Of a stretch of 64,000 bases of DNA, positions 18,390-28,067 are shown in pieces (the stretch's first letter is position 1; each line of letters opens with the position of its first letter). Origin of the DNA: Microcoleus sp. (GTDB lineage Bacteria > Cyanobacteriota > Cyanobacteriia > Cyanobacteriales > Microcoleaceae); NCBI GenBank assembly GCA_042408215.1, contig JAYFMW010000020.1, forward strand, positions 224,001 to 288,000, written 5' to 3'. The position numbers and the translations under genes are program-made. The notes under the pieces are model-generated. The model made no database searches. It was given only the letters and a program-made list of their open reading frames with translations, and had not been told where the DNA came from.

Positions 18390-19395
18390 AGAAATTGTAG
18401 GGCGTGGATTGCATAACAATATGCCGCGAGATGCTAAACTAATTACTGTAGGGCAAATTTTATATGCTGTTACCCGCGACGATCTCACCATAGAAGAAGG
18501 TTGGCAGCTTGAAGAGATGATGGGCGGTAGAACACAGTGGGAAGAGGCCCTTGAGTACAGTATTTTTGGCTATCCAGTAGATACCGCAACTCCACCTTTT
18601 GACAAACCTCTAATTATTGCTGGCAAAACTTTTCATTCTCGCTTAATGACTGGCACGGGCAAATATCGCAGCATTGCAGAAATGCAGCAAAGTGTCAATG
18701 CTAGTAGGTGTGAAATTGTGACTGTAGCTGTGCGGCGAGTGCAAACAAATGCTCCCGGACATGAAGGATTGGCGGAAGCTCTGGATTGGACTAAAATTTG
18801 GATGCTGCCAAATACTGCGGGCTGTCAAACTGCGGATGAGGCGATTAGAGTGGCTCGTTTGGGTAGAGAAATGGCGAAACTTTTAGGGCAGGAAGATAAT
18901 AATTTTGTCAAGTTAGAAGTGATTCCTGATGCTAAATATTTGCTGCCAGATCCGATCGGCACTTTAGAAGCAGCAGAACAATTAGTCAAAGAAGGTTTTG
19001 CGGTTTTGCCTTACATCAATGCCGATCCCCTGCTGGCAAAACGCTTAGAAGAAGTTGGCTGTGCAACAGTCATGCCTTTGGGTTCGCCCATCGGTTCGGG
19101 ACAAGGGATCAACAATGCTGCCAATATTCAAATAATTATTGACACGGTGAAGATTCCTGTGGTAGTGGATGCGGGGATCGGAACGCCCAGCGAAGCGGCT
19201 CAAGCAATGGAAATGGGGGCCGACGCACTGTTAATCAATTCGGCGATCGCCAATGCTCAAAATTCCCCAGCAATGGCAAAAGCAATGGGAATGGCGGCAG
19301 AAGCGGGGCGTTTAGCGTACTTAGCAGGCAGAATGCCAGTTAAAGATTATGCGATCGCCTCGTCTCCCGAAACAGGTACGATTGCCTCAAAATAA
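18364..19395 (+). CDS. thiG: thiazole synthase with an unusual ~75-aa N-terminal extension
   Basis: [44 protein letters not shown]; residues 1-75 are not ThiG-like. Confidence 0.95.
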   Translation: MEDIFSEFKEIVGRGLHNNMPRDAKLITVGQILYAVTRDDLTIEEGWQLEEMMGGRTQWEEALEYSIFGYPVDTATPPFDKPLIIAGKTFHSRLMTGTGKYRSIAEMQQSVNASRCEIVTVAVRRVQTNAPGHEGLAEALDWTKIWMLPNTAGCQTADEAIRVARLGREMAKLLGQEDNNFVKLEVIPDAKYLLPDPIGTLEAAEQLVKEGFAVLPYINADPLLAKRLEEVGCATVMPLGSPIGSGQGINNAANIQIIIDTVKIPVVVDAGIGTPSEAAQAMEMGADALLINSAIANAQNSPAMAKAMGMAAEAGRLAYLAGRMPVKDYAIASSPETGTIASK

Positions 19396-19464
19396 CTTCC
19401 CGAAATTTCAACGGCGCTTTTTTGGTAAAGTTGTAAACATCAAAAATATTAAGGATTGTGACTC

Positions 19465-19632
19465 ATGCCTTACATCCACGATGACGATGGACGCCTGAAC
19501 AACTTTGCCAAAGAGCCGAAGGTGTACGGAGCCGAATATCCCGACCAGAAACAGCAGCGGAACTACATCATCCTAGGCGTGGCCGGGGCAATGTTAGTTG
19601 CCTTATTGGTGTTTGTGGCTGCTTCTGTGTAA
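19465..19632 (+). CDS. psb34: Psb34/Ssl1498-family single-TM photosystem II assembly protein (absent from the ORF track)
   Basis: 55 aa MPYIHDDDGRLNNFAKEPKVYGAEYPDQKQQRNYIILGVAGAMLVALLVFVAASV with the GRLNNFA.EPKVY signature. Confidence 0.85.
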   Translation: MPYIHDDDGRLNNFAKEPKVYGAEYPDQKQQRNYIILGVAGAMLVALLVFVAASV

Positions 19633-19688
19633 AAACAGGGCTAAGATTCAAAGCTACTTCCAATCCAAATTTTAAATAATCCTTGACT

Positions 19689-19727
19689 AAACCATGTTTC
19701 GCAATAATAAATGGAAACATGGTTTTT
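19689..19727 (+). terminator. putative intrinsic terminator
   Basis: AAACCATGTTTC...GAAACATGGTTTTT. Confidence 0.6.
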
Positions 19728-19839
19728 GTGTTTCAATAAAACCAGGGATTTGCGACATTCCTGAACCTCGTCGCGGGAGCTGAAAAACTAAATAAGACAA
19801 ACCCCAGAGGCTTCCCCATGTAATTAATCAGACTGGCTT

Positions 19840-20245
19840 TTGATAATCCCCAGCCCGCTCCGGGACGGGGATTCTTAAAGAGTCCAAATGCGAACCTTTA
19901 AAGGCGAAATCAAAGCGCCCCTACCCACTCAGCTTGGACAAATCCAAACCTTGCGTATACTTTTAGCTTTTTTACGCTTTCCGAGTCCATCACTTAGCCT
20001 GAGATAGGTACGCTCAACAACCTGCCTTTTGTTTGCCCTTTAACTATTCCGAATCAAGTCGGATCTGTCCGTTGCCGGGATTGCACCGTACTAGGATGTT
20101 TCAACGCGCAGATGGTTATTCTTACTTGCTGCTCCCATAATACCAAATATTGAAGGCGGCTGTCACGCTCGCGTAGTCGAATGTGTTGAAACGGCTGCCG
20201 ACTTCTCCCCAGGTCCTTAGCGCGGGGCTTGCGTCTCGCTCTTCG
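19840..20245 (-). mobile_element. non-autonomous IS200/IS605-type mini-element (no ORF)
   Basis: Minus strand: left-end-like CGAAGAGCGAGACGCAAGCCCCGCGCTAAGGACCTGGGGAG and right-end-like AAGAATCCCCGTCCCGGAGCGGGCTGGGGATTATCAA, similar to the right ends of the tnpB elements in this window. Confidence 0.7.
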
Positions 20246-20401
20246 GTCACAAACATAAAATTGCCTAGCTAAAATCTACTATTCTCAGGTCATCATCGGT
20301 GCGTTTCACTGTCTTCCGGGTCGAGTTGCTCGCGTTCGGCCGATCGGGATTTCAAATCTAAAATCTAAAATCTAAAATCTAAAATCTAAAATAGCCTGAC
20401 T

Positions 20402-22645
20402 GTGATGTCTATTCCTTTCCCAAAAGTTTCTAGCTCAAACAAGCAGATTTACCAACGCTTGAAACAGGCACTTGAACTGAATTTGCGCCGTCAAATTTTT
20501 ATCGCCGCCTGCGATGACTTGCGCTTGCGGGACTGTCTAGCAGCCCGTTTAGAGGCAGAATTAGCAGCCCCAGAAACAGGGGAAAGTCCTCGCTCTTCGA
20601 TCGACTATCCCCGATTTGTCAGTTTGGAACTCAACCTCAGCGATCCCAATCCTTGGGGGGCGATTTCCGGGTGGCTAACTGAACACGCACCAGCCTCAAA
20701 TGCGCGCAGCTACAGCCACTTGCCGGGATTCCAAATTCTCGGAACCGAACACTTGACACGCCAGCCAGCAGCCATACAGTGGTCGTTCCTGAGCTATTTG
20801 AGGGACATCGAAGCATACTTGCAAATGTCGGAGTCTACTCTGCTGCTGTGGGTGTCGCGACCTTGGCTAAGTTCGATCGAGTCCTCAGCCCCGGAATTTT
20901 GGCAATGGCGCACCGGAATATTTGAGTTTGAAGGCGAACCGACTCCCGCCCAGGGAGACTTTGGGGACTCCGATGACAACGGAGATTTGGGAGACTTACG
21001 GGACAAGGGAGACTTGGGCGATCGAGTTTTAAGCTCTGCTTTTTCGGGACAATCGAAAGTCCCCAATTCCCCATCCCCAATTCCCCATCCCCAATTCCCC
21101 ATCCCCAATTCCCCATCCCCAATTCCCAACCCTAAATCCCTTGAACTAGCAGATTTGGTACTAGCAGCGGCTTCGGTGGAATTGGAATCAGAAAATCAGA
21201 CCGCATCGGGGGAAAATTTTCTGCCGCTGCAAACCCTACAATATATCGAACTGCTGCAAGAACATCAGTGTTGCTCTGAAGCTTTGGCTTTGGCTTATCA
21301 AGGTTTGGGGAATTTTTACCGCGATCGCATTCTACCCTCCGATTCTTTAGGACAAAACTTGATCGTCGCCATTCGTGCGTTTGAGCAAGTAATTTTCTAC
21401 CTCAATCTCGATCGCAACTCCCAGGAAAATCCACAACACACTCCCGAATGCGATCGACTCATTGCCGAATTGAAACAAAACTTAACTCAATACCCTTTAC
21501 AGTCAAATAGCCCTTCGCCAATGGCCGATCTACTCAACGACCTCGGCACTCTCTACTGGATGCGATCGCGCACTGATCGAAGCCATCCCGAAGAGAATCC
21601 CACAGTCGGCGACCCCACCCTTGGTACCGTATACTGCCTCGAACGCAGTATCGCCCTCTACCGAGAAGGTTTGAACAAAATAGATGTCGCAGCCACACCC
21701 CAAATCCGCGCCTTATTAAACAAAAATCTGGGAATCGCCTCAGCGGATTTAGCCCGCTATCAAGACAAGACAGAAAACTTGCAGCAAGCGGTTGCAGCAT
21801 ACCAGCAAGCGCTGCTGGATCTAGACCGCTGGGCCGATCCCCAACAGTACGCAGCAGCTCAGAATAATTTGGCAACAGTATACTGGAATTTAGCTCAAGA
21901 CGGTCAGCCGATCGTACACCTCAAAAGCGCGATCGCAGCTTACACCGAAGCACTCTCCTGCTACAGTCCCGAACGAGAACCCCTCAACTATGCCAAAGCC
22001 CACAACAACATCGGCACAGCCTGCTGGAACCTCGCCCAACACGAACCCTCAGAAATCTTGCTCGTCAGAGCGATCGCCTCCTATCGCGAAGCCTTGAAAT
22101 ACCGCACGCGAGAATTAGTACCCGCCTATGCCGCAGCCACCCAGAACAATCTCGCCACCGCCTATTGGCATTTGGCGAACCAGCAACAGCACTCAGCCAC
22201 CAGGCTCGCATCTTTGCAGCAGGCGATTTTGGCCTACGAAACCTCCTTGGATATCGCCGGAGAGCTCGATCGAACCCAACTCACCTTTGACATCTTAGCC
22301 ACCCGCAACAATCTAGGATTAGCCCACTATCAACTAGCCACAGACCCAGATTTCGCGTCAGACAAAGCCACACAGACACGCCATCTAGAAGCAGCACTGC
22401 ACCACCAGTTGCAAGTCTGCGCCGGATGGGGACAATATCTCCAAGACAAAGGGTTAACATATGGGGATAAACTCAAACTACAAGACTCAAGCAACTCCCA
22501 AGCTGCTGATTCCCGACAAACAGCTTTGAGCTATATTGTCAAAACGATACGAGCATTCTATAGTGAATGTGGGCTGCAAGGCCAAAATTTAGCCTTATCC
22601 AAAGTTCCCGGAGAATTATTGCCTGAAATCTTACGCAAGCTATAA
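20402..22645 (+). CDS. TPR-repeat protein
   Basis: C-terminal TPRs (YAAAQNNLATVYWNLA, AHNNIGTACWNLA); N-terminal APEFWQWRTGIFEF; in-frame STRR-derived Pro-rich linker. Confidence 0.85.
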   Translation: MMSIPFPKVSSSNKQIYQRLKQALELNLRRQIFIAACDDLRLRDCLAARLEAELAAPETGESPRSSIDYPRFVSLELNLSDPNPWGAISGWLTEHAPASNARSYSHLPGFQILGTEHLTRQPAAIQWSFLSYLRDIEAYLQMSESTLLLWVSRPWLSSIESSAPEFWQWRTGIFEFEGEPTPAQGDFGDSDDNGDLGDLRDKGDLGDRVLSSAFSGQSKVPNSPSPIPHPQFPIPNSPSPIPNPKSLELADLVLAAASVELESENQTASGENFLPLQTLQYIELLQEHQCCSEALALAYQGLGNFYRDRILPSDSLGQNLIVAIRAFEQVIFYLNLDRNSQENPQHTPECDRLIAELKQNLTQYPLQSNSPSPMADLLNDLGTLYWMRSRTDRSHPEENPTVGDPTLGTVYCLERSIALYREGLNKIDVAATPQIRALLNKNLGIASADLARYQDKTENLQQAVAAYQQALLDLDRWADPQQYAAAQNNLATVYWNLAQDGQPIVHLKSAIAAYTEALSCYSPEREPLNYAKAHNNIGTACWNLAQHEPSEILLVRAIASYREALKYRTRELVPAYAAATQNNLATAYWHLANQQQHSATRLASLQQAILAYETSLDIAGELDRTQLTFDILATRNNLGLAHYQLATDPDFASDKATQTRHLEAALHHQLQVCAGWGQYLQDKGLTYGDKLKLQDSSNSQAADSRQTALSYIVKTIRAFYSECGLQGQNLALSKVPGELLPEILRKL

Positions 22646-22738
22646 CCATTAAAAGCTCAATTTTTCCGAGGTTTGTATGCATAAATCTATTACTATAGCT
22701 AAATATTCTTGCCTAATTCTTCAAGCAAAGTTGTGGTC

Positions 22739-23431
22739 ATGGCCCCTGTAAAAATCCTTGTGGTTGATGACGACCCGGCAATCCGAAATTTACTTCAACG
22801 TTTTTTGAGCCAGCAAGGTTATCAAGTTGAGTCTGGCCAGGACGGTCAGACTGGTCTGGAATTATTTGATCAACTCAATCCTGACTTAGTAGTTCTGGAT
22901 GTAAATTTACCCGACACCACTGGCTACAAACTATGTCAAGAAATGCAAAGCCGCACGGGCGTGTTTGTGTTGATGCTGACCAGCCGCAACGATGAAGCTG
23001 ACAAAATGAAAGGGTTTGCCGAAGGTGCTGACGACTACATTACTAAACCCTTCAGTCTCGTAGAGATTGGAGCTCGCATAGCAGCTATTTTGAAACGCAA
23101 GCGCATTGTTACTTCCGCAGAACAACAAAGCCTGGTTTTTGGACAGCTACTGATAGATCCCGTCCGCCGCGAGGTGATTCTGGGCAATCAAATAGTTGCT
23201 TTGACTGCTTTAGAATTCGACCTGCTGTACTGTTTGGCCAGCAAGCCCGGTCGCGTTTGGAGGCGATCGGAACTGCTGCATGAAGTGTGGGACTACGAGT
23301 ATGTAGGAGCCGATCGCGTGGTGGATGTCCATATCGGTCAAATTCGCCGCAAAATAGAACCCGATGCCAATCAAAATTCCATGATTCAAACCGTCCGCGG
23401 CGTGGGTTACAAGTTTGAGGGAACAACCTAG
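22739..23431 (+). CDS. OmpR-family response regulator
   Basis: ILVVDDD, LVVLDVNLP, GADDYITKPF, LTALEFDLL, VDVHIGQIRRK, IQTVRGVGYKF. Confidence 0.95.
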   Translation: MAPVKILVVDDDPAIRNLLQRFLSQQGYQVESGQDGQTGLELFDQLNPDLVVLDVNLPDTTGYKLCQEMQSRTGVFVLMLTSRNDEADKMKGFAEGADDYITKPFSLVEIGARIAAILKRKRIVTSAEQQSLVFGQLLIDPVRREVILGNQIVALTALEFDLLYCLASKPGRVWRRSELLHEVWDYEYVGADRVVDVHIGQIRRKIEPDANQNSMIQTVRGVGYKFEGTT

Positions 23432-23502
23432 GGGGAAGGGGAATAGGGTTACCAGAAGGGAAAGCAAAAAATCAAAAATATAGCAGAAGCAAGAAGCAAA
23501 AA

Positions 23503-23641
23503 GCCAGTAGCCAGTAGCCAGTAGCCAGTAGCGAGTAGCCAGTAGCCATTAGTTATTGGTTATTGGTTGTTTGGTACCCATGCCCCATGCCCCATGCCCC
23601 ATGCCCCATGCCCCATGCCCCATGCCCTATGCCCTATGCCC
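23503..23641. repeat. STRR-type heptamer arrays (AGCCAGT)n and (CCCCATG/CCCTATG)n
   Basis: 7-bp tandem repeats between convergent genes. Confidence 0.9.
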
Positions 23642-25081
23642 TGTTTCTGCCAAATACTCGCCCACTTCGATCGCCCGCTCAAAACCCCACCGCACGCAAT
23701 CTCCCAAAGCCACCCCGCCAACGTAGTTGCTGCACAAATACACCCCCGGCAAGGATTTTAAGCCGTTCTCGATTTGTTGCAGGCGCGGTCGATGCCCCAA
23801 ATTGTACTGAGGAATCGCCCGCTTCCACAGGTTCACAGCCAAAACTTTGGGCTCCGCCGCCAGAGGCTTCAGCAAAATCCGAGATAAATCTCGATGTACC
23901 TCCCCAACGATTTGTTCGGGGTCAAGATTGGCGATATCCGAGTCTGTTGCCCCACCGATGTAATTGCTGAGAGTTTGCCAACCAGCAGGCGCTCGATCGG
24001 GAAATAAGCTCGAAGTCCAAATCGTCCCCAGGGTGCGAATTCCCTGCCCCCTCGGAATTAAATTTCCAAAACCCACTAATTTACCCTTGACATCCGACAG
24101 CGGATATGCTAATACAACGCAGGCAACCGTAGGATAAGTAAAAGCTTGTAAAGCACTGCTAACTTCCGGTTGGAGAGGTGCCAACAACTCCGCTGTGATG
24201 TAGGCGGGAGTTGTCAAAACGACGGTGCGCGCCTCAACTTGTTGCTGGCCGTCGGGTGTAGCAAATTCGGCAATGTAAGTTTGGCGTTCCGTGCGTTGGA
24301 GGCGAGTTAAGTGCCAATTGAGTTTGAGCCGATCGCCCAATTGAGCAGCGATCGCCTCTGGCAGAGCCTTCAACCCCTGTTTAAACGAACCCAACTCCCC
24401 CGGCTTAGTCTGAGGAATATTCGGGTCTACGGGCAATTTCTTCGGCCTTTTTCTAGCAGAAAGCAGCGCGCCCGCCACTAGCCCGCCACCCACATCAGCC
24501 ATCTGAGTTACCCGGCCAAAAGCAGCCGCCGCACTCAACTGTTGCGGATCGCCGGCATAAACCCCAGAAACAAAAGGTTCCACCAATCGCTGCATCACTT
24601 CCGTACCAAGATGGCGTCGGAAAAATTGAGAAACAGTTTCCTCTCCACCCTGCTGCGACAATTGAGAGCCCATAGCCGGCCCCACAAACCCCAAAGCCCC
24701 GAAAAGCGCCCGCAGTTTCCCCGGAAAACTCAGTAACTGGGATTGAATCATCGCCGGTGGAGTCATCGGCACCGGTTGCAGTTTCCCTTCCCAATAAACA
24801 TAACGAGGCAATTTTCGATCGGCAAAAATCAACTCCTGCTTCAGCCCCACATCCACAGCCAACTTCATCAATTCCGGTGTCGGCGCAAAACTATTCGGGC
24901 CCTCCTCCCAGAGAAACCCTCCACCTGTCTGAGTTGTAATATTCCCGCCCACCCGTCCCCGACTCTCAGCGACTAAAATCTTCAGGGGAGGCGCAGTCTT
25001 ACATGGTTTCTGGAGTGCGTGGGCCAGACTCAAACCGCTAATACCTGCACCCACAATCAAGGTATCTACTACATTCGTCAT
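23627..25081 (-). CDS. hemY: protoporphyrinogen oxidase (HemY type)
   Basis: IVGAGISGL, RVGGNI, WEEGPNSF, PFVSGVYAGDP, GFGNLIPR, AIPQYNLGH. Confidence 0.93.
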   Translation of the reverse strand: MTNVVDTLIVGAGISGLSLAHALQKPCKTAPPLKILVAESRGRVGGNITTQTGGGFLWEEGPNSFAPTPELMKLAVDVGLKQELIFADRKLPRYVYWEGKLQPVPMTPPAMIQSQLLSFPGKLRALFGALGFVGPAMGSQLSQQGGEETVSQFFRRHLGTEVMQRLVEPFVSGVYAGDPQQLSAAAAFGRVTQMADVGGGLVAGALLSARKRPKKLPVDPNIPQTKPGELGSFKQGLKALPEAIAAQLGDRLKLNWHLTRLQRTERQTYIAEFATPDGQQQVEARTVVLTTPAYITAELLAPLQPEVSSALQAFTYPTVACVVLAYPLSDVKGKLVGFGNLIPRGQGIRTLGTIWTSSLFPDRAPAGWQTLSNYIGGATDSDIANLDPEQIVGEVHRDLSRILLKPLAAEPKVLAVNLWKRAIPQYNLGHRPRLQQIENGLKSLPGVYLCSNYVGGVALGDCVRWGFERAIEVGEYLAETGHRA

Positions 25082-25562
25082 TGGTAATTGCTAATTGCTA
25101 ATTGCTAATTGGTCATTGGTCATTGGTCATTGGTCATTGGTAATTGGTTATTCTCTAACCGATACTTTTTTGCTAACGTTTGCTAACAAATACATAAGTT
25201 GAGATCTGAACTCGAACCTTGCGCGTATCAACCAATGCCCGTAGAAATCTCTACAAGCACTTGTACTATGAGCCGACTGCTTGGTTTTCGCGATCGGACT
25301 CTTAGCCAATCTGACTATTTGCTTTGATACTGTAGAGGCAACTTATTTATATAGAGGTTGCTTACTACCAAGGTTTTTCACCGTTCATCCGAGCGGCTAA
25401 ATTCATTTTACATGGTACAAAGACATCTACCAAATGTAAGCGATTGTTAGCAACAATTAGAAAAAGTCCTACTGTTCATCAACCTTTCTTCCTTCTTCCT
25501 TCTTCCTTCTTCCTTCTTCCTTCTTCCTTCTTCCTTCTTCCTTCTTCCTTCAACATCTGCTA

Positions 25563-25663
25563 TATAGCGGTTCTCAAAAAAGTGAGGTATGCCCACGGAA
25601 CCCTATGCCCTATGCCCCATGCCCTATGCCCAGTCGTACCTCATCTTTCTGAGAAAGGCTATA
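25563..25663. mobile_element. MITE-like element (TATAGC..TTCTCA....GTGAGGTA termini) with heptamer cargo
   Basis: Imperfect terminal inverted repeats; a relative in opposite orientation lies at 60071-60249. Confidence 0.65.
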
Positions 25664-25910
25664 CATTATTGCTACTGCGCAAATCTTGAGGATACTGAAA
25701 CAGCGTTTCAAGATAAACTCTAGCAGCTTGGCGGTAACTACGCGAGGCTTCAGGCGTAGCGCTGTCGGCATTCTGCAACAAAAACAGTGACAGAGAGGCG
25801 CAAAATACTCGGTCTAGATCCCATTCGGGATGAGTTTCCAGGTAGCTTTTGAGGGAATCGTGCAGCGTTTCGGGAATTTCGGCAAAGATACTGACTGTTG
25901 GGTTCATCAT
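25659..25910 (-). CDS. DUF2811-like protein
   Basis: VSIFAEIPETLHDSLKSYLETHPEWDLDRVFCASLSLFLLQN...RVYLETLF. Confidence 0.8.
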   Translation of the reverse strand: MMNPTVSIFAEIPETLHDSLKSYLETHPEWDLDRVFCASLSLFLLQNADSATPEASRSYRQAARVYLETLFQYPQDLRSSNNV

Positions 25911-26217
25911 TTTTTTTAGTCTCGCTAATAAATTGAAAATAGAACCCCCCTTTCGGCAGGATACAGGTGCTGGCACTGCCGAAATCAGAGCGTTTTTTTA
26001 GGTCGGTCGCATCATTGTGCGCTATTAGGGGGTGGGTTTGTCAATGTAGCGAAATATTACAAAGTCCAGGAGATCCCAAAAAGATTTACGAAATAATCAG
26101 CTTTTCGGCGCATTTTTTGTTACATATCTTTATATTTTGGAGTTTTTATGAGGGATTTGTCAGCAGGTTAACAAAATCCCCAATTCACCAGCAAGATCGG
26201 ACCGTGCCGTTAATTTC

Positions 26218-26290
26218 TGTGGAAAACTTCGTCAAATCTGTGGAAAACCTCTCACTTGCCTGTGGAAACGCTGTGGAATGTTTGGGAAAA
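26218..26290. promoter_or_regulatory. cluster of DnaA-box-like 9-mers
   Basis: TGTGGAAAA at 26218 and 26239, TGTGGAAAC at 26261, TGTGGAATG at 26272, TTGGGAAAA at 26282; reverse complement of TTTTCCACA. Confidence 0.55.
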
Positions 26291-26418
26291 ACTAAGGGAA
26301 AAAATAAGAATTGCAAAGGGGGATGGGGAATTGGGCGAAGCGAAGCTCCGGGATGGGGCCTTGGGCCTTGGTAGCCCACTCCCCCTTTCCCCCTCTCTCC
26401 CCCTCTCCCCCTCCTCCT

Positions 26419-27912
26419 TCAAGAGTCCCACTCTGTTGCTTTTTGGCGAATTGTTACCAGCTCTGCCGGGGGCATTTTGTCGAGATTCGCTAAAATAAAG
26501 CTCATTCGCCCGATCGCCTGCAATTTTTCCCGGTGGCGCGCCAAGAAGTCCCAATAGAAAAAATTGAAGGGACAGGCATTTTCGCCCGATCGCACCGTGC
26601 GATCGTACTTGCACCCCCGACAATAATCGCTCATCTTATTGATGTAATTCGCAGACGCCGCGTAGGGTTTCGACGCTAACACACCCCCATCGGCAAACAA
26701 ACCCATGCCCAGCACATTTGTCTGCATTACCCAGTCGTAAGCATCAATAAATGCACTGTGGAACCAGTTTTCCAGCTCCTGGGGCGAGATTCCAGCAATT
26801 AGACCAAAATTGCTCAAAATCATCAATCGCTGGATGTGATGCGCGTAACCGCTGCTTTCGACTTGAGTTAAAACTTGGTGCAAACAGTTCATATCAGTTT
26901 TGCTAGCATCCCAAAAAAACTCCGGCAGCGGCCGAGTGTGGTTAAACCAATTCTTCTGAAAATAATCAGCATCTACATAAAAATAAACGCCACGAATGTA
27001 TTCTCGCCAGCCGAGAATTTGGCGGATAAAACCTTCGACGCTGTTTAAATCTAAGTCATGCTCGCCGCAGGCTATTTCTGCCGCTTGAATAACTTCTAAA
27101 GGATGCAGCAACCCAATATTCAGATAAGGAGAAATTAGCGAATGCCACATCGTTTCCTCCCCCGTTACCATCGCATCTTGATAGGGCCCAAAGGTGGGGA
27201 GACGCTGGGCGATGAAATTATTTAATACTTGCAATGCTTGCTCTCGCGTCACCCCCCAGCGGAAAGGTTCAACATCTCCGTAAGTTGGGAAAGACAGAGA
27301 CTTAACTTCTGCGATCGCTTCTTGAGTTATTTCATCCGGTTCAAACCAAATAGCTGGCGGTGTATTCAGCTTACCTTTTGGTGGCTGGCGATTTTCCTTG
27401 TCAAAATTCCACTTACCGCCGACAGGTTTACTTCCATCCATTAAAATCTGGAATCGCTGGCGACTGACTCGATAAAAGTCTTCCATTAACAGGCGTTTGC
27501 GACTGGATGCCCAATCTTTAAATTCTGTTTCACGACCGAGGAATTGGTTGTTGGCAATTAAGGTAAGTTGGCAGGGAAGTTGCAAGTTTTGGATCGTCTG
27601 TAAAAAAGGGCGATCGCTCGGTGTCATCACCCGCAACTCAGTGATATTATGAGCTTGAATCCAAACTTTCAGAGGAGTTTCAAATTCTTCAGATTTTGCG
27701 TAAGTAACTTGATAACCACTGTCGCGTAATTCTGCCGCAAAATGCCGCATCGCCGACCAAATTAATACTAATTTCTGTTGATGATAGGGACGTTCTCGAA
27801 CGTGCTGCAAAGATTCAATTAAGATGACTAGGGAAACTCGATCGTCAAGTGTGGCGAGAGCAGCTTGGTTCTGCCCAAGTTGATCGCCTAATATCCAAAC
27901 GCCAACACTCAT
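26419..27912 (-). CDS. Fe-S bacterial cryptochrome/(6-4) photolyase family protein
   Basis: WILGDQL, GGKWNFDKENR, FGPYQDAM, AHHIQRLM, SKPYAASANYINKMSDYCRGC...ACPFN; likely start MSVGVW. Confidence 0.9.
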   Translation of the reverse strand: MSVGVWILGDQLGQNQAALATLDDRVSLVILIESLQHVRERPYHQQKLVLIWSAMRHFAAELRDSGYQVTYAKSEEFETPLKVWIQAHNITELRVMTPSDRPFLQTIQNLQLPCQLTLIANNQFLGRETEFKDWASSRKRLLMEDFYRVSRQRFQILMDGSKPVGGKWNFDKENRQPPKGKLNTPPAIWFEPDEITQEAIAEVKSLSFPTYGDVEPFRWGVTREQALQVLNNFIAQRLPTFGPYQDAMVTGEETMWHSLISPYLNIGLLHPLEVIQAAEIACGEHDLDLNSVEGFIRQILGWREYIRGVYFYVDADYFQKNWFNHTRPLPEFFWDASKTDMNCLHQVLTQVESSGYAHHIQRLMILSNFGLIAGISPQELENWFHSAFIDAYDWVMQTNVLGMGLFADGGVLASKPYAASANYINKMSDYCRGCKYDRTVRSGENACPFNFFYWDFLARHREKLQAIGRMSFILANLDKMPPAELVTIRQKATEWDS

Positions 27913-28067
27913 CTTATTTTTGTTCCTTTTTCTTGGGTATGATTTGCGATTTTTACCCACGTTGCTAGTTACAGGCAGGAACGATCATAGCAACTCGATT
28001 TACTAATGACAAATAACCCTCCCCAATCACAATAACCAATAACTAGCAACTTGAGTCACTTTAACTA

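Noticed and set aside
23563..23970. PCPMPHA-, NYELRIT- and FFLLPSS-type ORFs (also at 25444, 45579, 59889, 60050)
   Set aside because: Translations of STRR heptamer arrays; the Cys-rich appearance is not RiPP evidence.
26045..26061. NtcA-like site TGTAGCGAAATATTACA
   Set aside because: Spacing is GTA-N9-TAC rather than N8.
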